Source of the DNA: Heteronotia binoei
Lineage: Eukaryota
Direction: 5' to 3'
DNA: 64,000 nt
Assembly: GCF_032191835.1 (NCBI RefSeq)
Contig: NC_083237.1
Coordinates: 11,408,001 to 11,472,000 of the forward strand
Shown here: in pieces, positions 55,494-64,000 of the stretch
Layout: every line of letters starts with the position of its first letter
Position numbering within the stretch: position 1 is the stretch's first letter
The notes under the pieces: model-generated
Database searches by the model: none
The model's input: only the letters and a program-made list of their open reading frames with translations
Told to the model about the DNA's origin: nothing
Position numbers and translations under genes: made by a program

Positions 55494-58400
55494 TCTCTTC
55501 ATTAGTTTAAGCTTGGTAACTTGTAAACTAGAAGACTGAATACTAGGGCCAATGAGGCCAACTATATACAGTTCAAGGTTCCCGTGGTAGAACACCATTG
55601 GGTCATTTGAACCAGCCGGGGGCCTCTGATTGGGCCAGGGCGGCAGGGATCCAATGTTTCAGAGTCCCCAAGCTCAGTCCTACAGGCTCCAATGAGCCAG
55701 GCAGCAATGGTCATACAGGGACAAATCATGAGTCCACCTACACAACAGATTCTGCTGTTTTTAGTGAACAGTACACCTGGCACCTGGAAGCCAGATCTGC
55801 CACCCATTGAAAATATTGATGGTAGACCTCAGGTCCTGATGCAGGAAATACTGATACCCAGTATTCCTGAATCCCAAAACATTTACCCAAAAAGGATTTT
55901 CAAAATTACTCCTGAAATGTTGGGCTACTTACCATCTAAAAGCCCTTCTAAGGGGGAAATTACCATCAATTGACAAATCAGGCTCAAAGAATCTTGCTCA
56001 CTTTCAGCAGTTCCAGGATCCCCAGTCTGCTGCAGTCCCAGAAAGACTTCCTTCAAACTAAGGGGATTTTTCCAGCTAGGGTCTTTGTCAATTCTCTTAT
56101 AAACCCCCTGCTATCCCACTGGCAAAAAGAGGGCTCTTTGACAGAGGACATCAATTTCAAGGCAGGAATGACTAAAGCTGGAGACCAGAGTGACTTGGCT
56201 CAGGGTCCTGATTCACCTTTCTACCTGAACCCAGCTTCAGAGCATCTCCTTCTTGAGAACTCCATAGAACAGGATCTAATTAACTCTTTCACAGCCCTCC
56301 CATCTACATAACAACTTGCAATCACAATTAAACTCAAAGTGTTGAGGGAAAAACTTTTGAAAACAAAAAGTGATCACACACAAGTATCTAACCTGCTCAT
56401 GATGCCCAACACTCTTGAGAATGGTTCAGCTTTATCAGTCCCTCTAACTCCTCTCATTTCTATGGAGGTAGACCAAAGAAAAACAGGAGTAAACCACTCA
56501 CCCTTCCAACAAGTGAATCCTGAAGAGAAGACTGATTTAATTTCCACCACAGAAGGCAAATTGGATCTCAAGGAGAACCTTGAGTCATCAACACAAGCTG
56601 AAGTTCATACGTCTCCAGTAATGGCTGAGAACCCCCTTCTGAGCAGCAATAGTGAGATTGTGTGGCCAAATACGAGTCAACTAATTAAGAACATCTCGAG
56701 CGGCTTGGGTAATGGATCTGTGTTTCATGATACCAATGGCACCCTTGAACAACTTACTAGAGAAGACTGATTCACCACCCCTTTCATACTCTCGCCATCC
56801 AAACCCTTCACCATTCTGGATATTAAGATCGTATCCTGGAATGTGGCCGGCTGGCAAAATAAGGCTAAGGATGCTGAGTTTATAAGATATCTTAAGGGGT
56901 TTGATGTTATACTACTACAAGAAACCTGGACTCCACACCAGATCCAACTAGAAGGGTACAAGTCCTTTTCCCTCCCAGCCTTCAAGAGTAATACAAGGGG
57001 TCGTTTTCAAGCAGGTTTGTCTATACTTGTCTCCTCACATTTTGCCTTGGAACACATCACTCTACAGGCAAACATCTCTATGGTGCAGATCATCAAGCTT
57101 CTCCTCAAAAAATTCTTCTTAATTATTGTGAATGTATATGTACCACCCTCTCTAGATAAGCTAACTCTTTTGCAATATTGGGAACACTTGGCCACACTCA
57201 TGGAGGAATTAGAGAGGAAATTTCCAACTATAGAAATAATTCTAGTGGGCAACTTTAATGCTAGGGTAGGGAAGGACTGTAGTATATTTTTTAAAGCCCT
57301 TGATTTTAACCAAGACGACACCCTTCTACCCATTTTCTCCTATCCAATATACTCCAAGGATAGCCGTCTAAATTCAGCAGGCATCTGTCTTACCAAATTC
57401 TGTATGTAATACAACAGAATTTGGTTAAACTGTTTGATTGGCTACCCAAATTCAGGAGAATTCACCTCTGTCTCCCTGAGGGGCTGTAGCGTAATTGATT
57501 ACATTTTAATCTCTCCTTTATTGAAACCTTATGTCAAAGATTTTACATTGGGGAATTTTATTATTAGTTACCATTTTCCCCTCATTTTGACTCTTCAAAT
57601 TGGTCCTCACATTTATCCCTCCTGTAACTTGTCCTTGCAACCTTACAAAACTGACTTATTGCCCAGAATTCCATGGAACGATCTCACAGTTTGGAAAACC
57701 CAACAGCTCTTCAGATCTGGTCCCACTGTAGAATACAGATCCTCTTTAATATGTGCACCTGACCCTAATGACCCTAATGTATCTGTATCAACTTACAATT
57801 CTTTAACATCTTATATCTCTGAATCACTGAGTGTCAGTTCAGGGTGCCCAAGCAGAGGTGCAACTTCTCTAGTAAATTCTACACACCGATGGTTCGACAG
57901 AGAATGTAAAGAAACAAAAACTCTTCTGTGTAAAGTTTACAACCAATACCGCAATTCAAAAGCCCTGACCTTGCCATCACAATACTTTGTGCTTAAGACT
58001 CAGTTGCACCACCTTATCACAAAAAAAGAGGCGCAATTATATTAAAACTCCATGGGAAGTGCATCCCGGGCCGATGACCCATCTATGTCTGCCATTTCCT
58101 CTTATGTTTGGTTTCAGCACTTCTCAGTTCTGTTCCATCAAGATCTAACTTGTGCTGAACCATCTGATTTTCCTCTAGCCAATTTACCTGACTGGCCTCC
58201 TGTCCCTCCAGAGGAAATAAAAGAATTAATTACACAACTGAAATTAGGAAAGGCTCCTGGCCCAGATGCCATTTCCTCCGAAATCTTAAAATTAGACCCA
58301 GACTGGTGGGCTTCTCCCCTTGCATCTCTGTTTACAATTGTAGATCGAACTGGCATAATCCCCTTGGCATGGTTGAATGCAATAGTGGTCCTGCTATACA

Positions 58401-60220
58401 AAAAAGTTGATCACACTAACCCTGCCAATTACAGGCCGATTAGCCTACTCTCCATCATTGGCAAGCTTTACTCCAAACATCTATTAGTCAAGCTCAATCT
58501 CTGGAGGTTGCAGGAAAAAATTCTAGGCCCTGAACAGTTGGGCTTCTGCAAAGGGAAGACCACTTTAGACCACTGCATTACCCTATCCCATCTAGTCAAC
58601 AAGTACACTGTGCATAATAACCAGAAATTATTTGTTGCTTTTTTAGATTTAAAAGGCGCATTTGATTCAGTTGACAGGGACCTCCTCTGGATTCAGCTAG
58701 ATAAACGAAACATGGATAAAAGACTACTTATGCTTATTAAGAGATTACGCACTTCTACCACCTGCCAGATCAAATGCTCATTAGCAGGCAACCTAACATC
58801 AAAGATTGCTGCCAATAAAGGTGTCAAACAGGGTTGCATTTTGGCTCCCTTTTTATTCAATCTTTTCCTTAATGACCTGGCTATTCAGTTGTCTGGTCCT
58901 GACTGCCATAGTCCAAAACTCGGTGCATTACATGTACCCTTGTTACTTTATGCTGACGATACGGTGCTGTTGTCCTGCTCTAGAGTGGGCTTAAGACGTC
59001 TGTTGTCCTGTTGTGTTCTGTATTTTACTAGTAATAAGCTCCAGCTCAATTATGAGAAGTCCAAAATCTTAGTTTTCTCAAAAAAGTGGAGACTTTACAA
59101 ATGGGTTATTGATGGTAAAGAGATAGAGCAAGTCAAGTATTTTAAATACTTAGGTGTTTATTTTCAATATAATGTGACTTGGTCTACCCATCACAAATAT
59201 GCAGTGAAGATAGCTAACATCAGTGCATCTGCCATAGCTCGCTTTTTTTTATGGCAGAGGTAACCAATTTGTGCCAGCTGCCATACAAATATTCAAAGCC
59301 AAAGTGATTTCACAACTTCTGTATGGCATCCCAATCTGGATTGGATCTTATGAAGGTGCTATCGAATGTGTCCAATCCAAATTCTTGCGTAAAATTCTGG
59401 CCATGCCAAAATGTGTCCCATATGCAGTTATCTGCTTAGAAACTGGCATGTCCTTAATGGTTACTAGTGCATGGCTCATGACCTTCAAATTCTGGCTATG
59501 CTTGCACTACAACTCTGAACCGGGGAGCTATATCTCTAAAATGCTCTCTGAATTTAATTTGTCAAATTGGTCAGCACAAATTGAGAGAAAAATAAAAACA
59601 ATGGGTTTATCCCTAGAACTATTGTCCATGCTGTCCTTCACCACTGCAGTCCAACAAATTAAAAACAGGTTGCTAGATATTGAGCGCCAAGACCTATACA
59701 GTCTGGCTAAGAAAACTTGAGTTTTGAGATCTCTCTTAGTACTGGGAAAATGGCCTCATATCTATCCGTCTTGCAAGTGCCACAGCAGCGTAGAGCTTAT
59801 TCCCTTGACAAATGCAACGCCATGCCCTCTGCCACTCTTTATGGCAGATTTACCAAGTCAGTCTACTCAGTCAGATACTGTCTCTGTAAGCAAACATGTG
59901 TGAAGTCAGTTACTCATATTCTTCTTTATTGTAATTTGTATACAGATCTTCGTCACATCCTCTATTAGTTAGCATGGTTGATTGTTCTGATGCACTTAAG
60001 GTCTATAAGCTTTTGAACGATACTTCATCTAGTGTCACTGAGAAAGTGGCTAAGTTTCTTTGTTCTGTTTTAAAGGCACGTCAGAGGATCTCATAGAAAT
60101 ATGCTTTTCCTGATGTATATGTATGCAATCGTTCCATTTTATCTTTTTTAAAACCAATTTGCTCTGATATATACATCTATATATTTTATGCCAATAAAGG
60201 CTAACTTGACTGGACTTGAC
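55494..60220 (+). mobile_element. Near-full-length two-ORF LINE (APE plus RT plus C-terminal CCHC-type finger); RTE-X-like, clade tentative; inactivated
   Basis: ORF1 pieces at 55692-56770. ORF2: SWNVAGW..LLQETW..LVGNFNAR..SVIDY (APE), YRPISLL, AFLDLKGAFDSV, VKQGCILAPFLFN, YADDT (RT), C-x-C..H-ILLYC finger. aataaa at 60193 and (acttgac) tail; possible TSD cataac (55488-55493 / 60221-60226). Several premature stops and frameshifts. Confidence 0.88.
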
Positions 60221-60280
60221 CATAACCATGGTCTTTCTGAAATACCAAAATAAAATTAAAATGATTTTTTTAAGTAGTAG

Positions 60281-60562
60281 AATAAGAAGATAAGAAGATA
60301 TTGGATTTGTATCCTGCCCTATACTCTGAATCTCAGAGTGGTCACAATCTCCTTTACCTCCCCCCCCCCACCACCACAACGGATCCTATGAGGTGGGTGG
60401 GGCTGAGAGGACTCTCACAGCAGCTGCCCTTTCATGGACAACCTCTGCCAGAGCTATGGCTGACCCAAGGTCATTCCAGCAGGTGCAAGTCGAGTGAGGA
60501 ATCAAACCCGGTTCTCCCAGAAAAGAGTCCGCACAATTAACCACTACACCAAACTGGCTCTC
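60281..60562 (-). mobile_element. tRNA SINE family B
   Basis: Reverse-complement copy with accactacaccaaactggctc head. Confidence 0.88.
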
Positions 60563-61068
60563 TTAATGTACAACCCCTATTCATTTTGTAAGTGGCAGAA
60601 TTATTTTTTCTAAACTTTGTTGCAAGAAAAATTAAATACATTCTTTTGCACTTTGATTTTTTGATTTAAAATCAGAAGTTATTTCTTACACAGATGGGCT
60701 TCCTTTTAAAAATGTGCGCATTACCAGCTATATTATAAGTTCAAATGAGTTTAACAATCAGTAATCATTGCACTGAATTAAGAGACAGATGCAGTCCACT
60801 CCTGTATGTCATTACTCAGTAAAAAGTAATCTCAAGTCCATGTGGATAGGATTGATGCTTTAATTGTACAGAGAATTATTGTGGTCTCTTGTCACTCACA
60901 CCACCATAACCTTGGAGCTACAGCTGCACAATCTCACCACCATAATACCTTTAGGACCATAACATGCTACCACTAATATCTTAAACAAACTAACAATTTA
61001 AGTATATAAAAATCCCATTGAAATAAAGGTTTTCATTGGCAGTAGTGTTCCGTAGTTTCTTTTACACT

Positions 61069-61504
61069 CAGGGGTCATTTTGTAGAAAAAGAGGTGCCAG
61101 ATCTCATTAGCACAACTCATTTGCATACGTCACACATTCCTCACATCACCGGCAGGTATACTAAATAATATCAGTTCAACATCTACCTTAAAACGCTTCT
61201 TGGGTTCTAATTGTCATAATAAAACCTTACTCCCATCATACTTTTAAAATTACTTTCTCCTATGTGGCCACAGAGGTATGATGGAGATTTCCATCTGTCT
61301 GCTTTCTATGTGTTGTTTCCCTATTTTTTTGGTGGAGAAAAATATTAGAAAATGTCAAATCTTAACGAGTTCAGCAAAATTCTCACAAGGGGTTTGGAAA
61401 ATGGAGCCCCAAAGCAAGTATTAGGGGGTGAAAGAAAGAGCACAATAACATTTAGAGATTCCAGAGCTCTGCTCCTGTGAGTGCCTGCCCAAAATGACTT
61501 ACTG
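61069..61504. mobile_element. cagg-ended non-autonomous DNA transposon, different internal sequence
   Basis: caggggtcattttg ... caaaatgacttactg imperfect TIRs; no TSD found. Confidence 0.6.
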
Positions 61505-63404
61505 AATATGAAAACTTGGAAATTGATGGCTTCCAAATGCTATGAATCTTGACTAGCTTGTGCATACATATTTTCACAGAGCCTCATGGGATTTGTAGTT
61601 TATGTCACTTTAATGACTTGACTATCACACCAGGAGGAAGAGTAATTTTTCCCTACTAGACATCTGCAAAAGCAGCTTTTTGCTTCAAAACATAGTGAGA
61701 AAATAAAACTGCCTACAAATGTTACAGCACAGATGCTAAACTGCTTCGTTTGATGTTCAAATTGGGCAATCAACAGGGAAGAGGCTTGGCTCACACAATG
61801 GTTATAAATGTTCACTACAAAGATTTCAATGTGCCTAATTTATGCATCGCTACTTTCGGACAACTTCGCTACTACACATATTGGGAGGATTATAAACAAT
61901 GTGCGGTCACAATGTCTCCATGAATTTCCCAGCCCAGATTTGGCAGAACTACCTATTGCACCCTTCCACCAAGTCATGCTCCAACAGCAGAATACTCCCT
62001 TCAACGAATAAAGACCTTTCTCTGTCAGAAAAGCCATTCTCCACTGGAGGAAGTCTTTTTCTGTAGAAGAGTATCATAGGATCCAAGTAAGTGAAAGGGA
62101 GAAGGAGGAAGAGGAGGAGAAGGAGAAGGATAAGAAAGAGGAGGAGGAGAAGAAAAAGACATCCCCATATCACTGGCTGATCAGTGTCAGAGGACACTTT
62201 TTCAAAACACATCCCAACAAATATTGAACATCAAAAATCTACAGAGGAGGACTTTAAGGAGTCCTGTTTAGGTTACAGAACTGCTATCTCATCCTGACCT
62301 GCAATCCCATAGACGATACACAAAAGAACTATGGAAATATCCAGGCTAAAATAATATAGTAGCAACATATCTTTAGATGCATAGTAAATATTAAGCTCCT
62401 TAAAGAAGCTAAAATAATGTCCCTTGTGTACCATCAACACCAAGAAGATCACCTCCCTTGGGCTTTGCAAAGGGGCATGATTAGGGAGACACAATGATTG
62501 AATCAGACTGCTTCCATATATACTTCTGATACAAAGAGAATAAATGGTTATGACAAAGAGGCAGGTTTTCCTACTTTGTGAGCCAAGAAACTAAGTAATC
62601 TCCTAAAACACCCTTAGGATTCAGAAAGGTACAGGCTCAGAAAACAGATGTAAAGAGTGATTTTGTTGATTCACAGTGTTTGTCAACAGGGGAGGGTCAG
62701 GGTTTTTTCCCAGTGAATTCGTTAATTTAAGACACCTCCTTCTGTGAAGAGAAGATCATGCCACTTTTGATTTGTTTGCAATAAAATTATTGTATAGCCT
62801 GTAATGCAGAGATGCTAGGAGCTTGCCTGCATGTGCAGGCATAAAAACCTAGGGTTAGATTTAGCTACCTTTTGGTCACTCGAGCCTGCCCGATTCCCCT
62901 CTGTGCTACATCTCACGTGCCTTTTACATGCAAGTCCTCAGATCCCCAATGTAGCATTTTTTAGTTGGACAGACAGAACCCCTTGTTTTGACAGCAGAAA
63001 AGGTGGCTGGATCCAACCCTTTAGGCGGAAGAATGCAGGAGACCAGAACAAGAGTGTCCTCTGTCAAAAATGGATAGCCAGTGGTGAGTATTTTGCAACA
63101 AGCCTTGAGACTTAGTGAGAAAGGTGAGCTATAAAGCAAGTGAAGAAATAAATGAAAGCTCTCACTTCTGAGTGCTGGATCAGAATCACTCGGTATGTTA
63201 TGTTTTGTGGTGGGAAGGAAATTAGAGAATACATGATACACTGTGAGGATGCCATGCCAGTCTGCAAAATCAAAAAAGAGTCCAGTGGCATCTTTAAAAA
63301 AATAGCATTTATTCAAGCAGAGGCTTCAAACACAATGATGTAAATCTATCAGGCTTGATTTAGATAAACGGGAAGAGTTTACAAAGAGAGACTGTGTGAG
63401 CAAA

Positions 63405-63490
63405 GAGAGAAGTATGCCTGCATATGAAAGCTTACATTCTGAATAAAACTTTGTTGGTCTTAAAGGTGCGGCTGGACTCCTACTTTGGTT
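63405..63490 (+). mobile_element. Penelope terminal-repeat fragment
   Basis: gaagtatgcctgcatatgaaagcttacattctgaataaaactttgttggtcttaaaggtgc, homologous to the minus strand near 29340-29400. Confidence 0.7.
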
Positions 63491-63644
63491 TAAAGCGAGG
63501 CGCAGTCCAAAGGGTCCACTCAGACCATGATTGTGAAGTTTTCAGCAGTTGCGCTAGTCAAAATATAAAACCTACAAGGCTGTGAAATAAAACAAGGTGA
63601 TGCAATTGAAAGTCAACAGTGGTAGAACTCTAGTAATTGCCCTG

Positions 63645-63830
63645 AATTGGATGGCCCAGGCTAGCCCAGCCTTGTCAGCTGTTGGAAGCTACGCGCCATG
63701 TTGTTAGTACTTGGTGAGTACTCAGATGAGAAACCACCGAGGAAGTCCAGCATTGCTATGTACCTCTTATCCACCTCGTACCTGGACAACTCTATGGGGT
63801 CACCATAAGACAACTGCAGCCTGATGGCAC
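63645..63830 (+). mobile_element. Degenerate 5S-derived SINE
   Basis: ggatggcccaggctagcccagccttgtcag..gaagcta..gttagtacttgg. Confidence 0.55.
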
Positions 63831-64000
63831 TTTAAACTTGTAGCTATAGTAATCAATAATCAAAAGGGGGTGGGAGAAGCAAGATGTTGACATTTATAGT
63901 AGATAAGAAATATCAGCTTCCTTTGAAGGCCTGCCTTTCGATGTTGGATTTATTGCTCTTTTCATATATGCAAGTGTCACAAGGTGGGATCGTGCTGTCA

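Noticed and set aside
61949-62212. Hydrophobic Leu/Phe-rich ORF resembling a transmembrane helix
   Set aside because: Translation of the complementary strand of a (GAG/GAA)-rich low-complexity tract near 62095-62160.

Overview
Vertebrate, repeat-dense window from a scaffold with three N gaps (3681-3910, 23340-23470, 52289-52937). The repeat complement (Sauria SINE, BovB, CR1, L2, Squam-type tRNA SINEs, 5S-derived SINEs) points to a squamate, probably a gecko; this is inference. Host genes are all on the + strand and mark a chemoreceptor-cluster junction. They are the terminal 7TM exon of a type-2 vomeronasal receptor (2778-3679), three intact class II olfactory receptor ORFs (18386-19339, 38668-39615, 49283-50251), and a fourth OR (25922-27324) split by a sense, in-frame L2 LINE insertion that leaves an open OR-L2 chimeric reading frame. 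The rest is nested transposons: CR1, L2, RTE/BovB, L1, a Penelope fragment with hammerhead remnants, a Gypsy integrase plus LTR with a related solo LTR, many hAT-type MITEs with 8-bp TSDs, two Harbinger-like palindromic MITEs, and a near-full-length ~4.7 kb APE-RT LINE whose AUG-less ORF2 follows ORF1 in frame across one TGA. The strangest segment is 51.4-55.0 kb. It holds NRF1/GC-box and ETS-CRE motif clusters, a 165-bp repeat built from perfect palindromes, a 12 x 67-bp satellite made of CR1 3' ends, and a ~910-bp foldback inversion. No database searches were run. Family names rest on recognised motifs, and most repeat boundaries are approximate unless a TSD is quoted. Nothing here is demonstrably a new biological system; the top findings are testable candidates.
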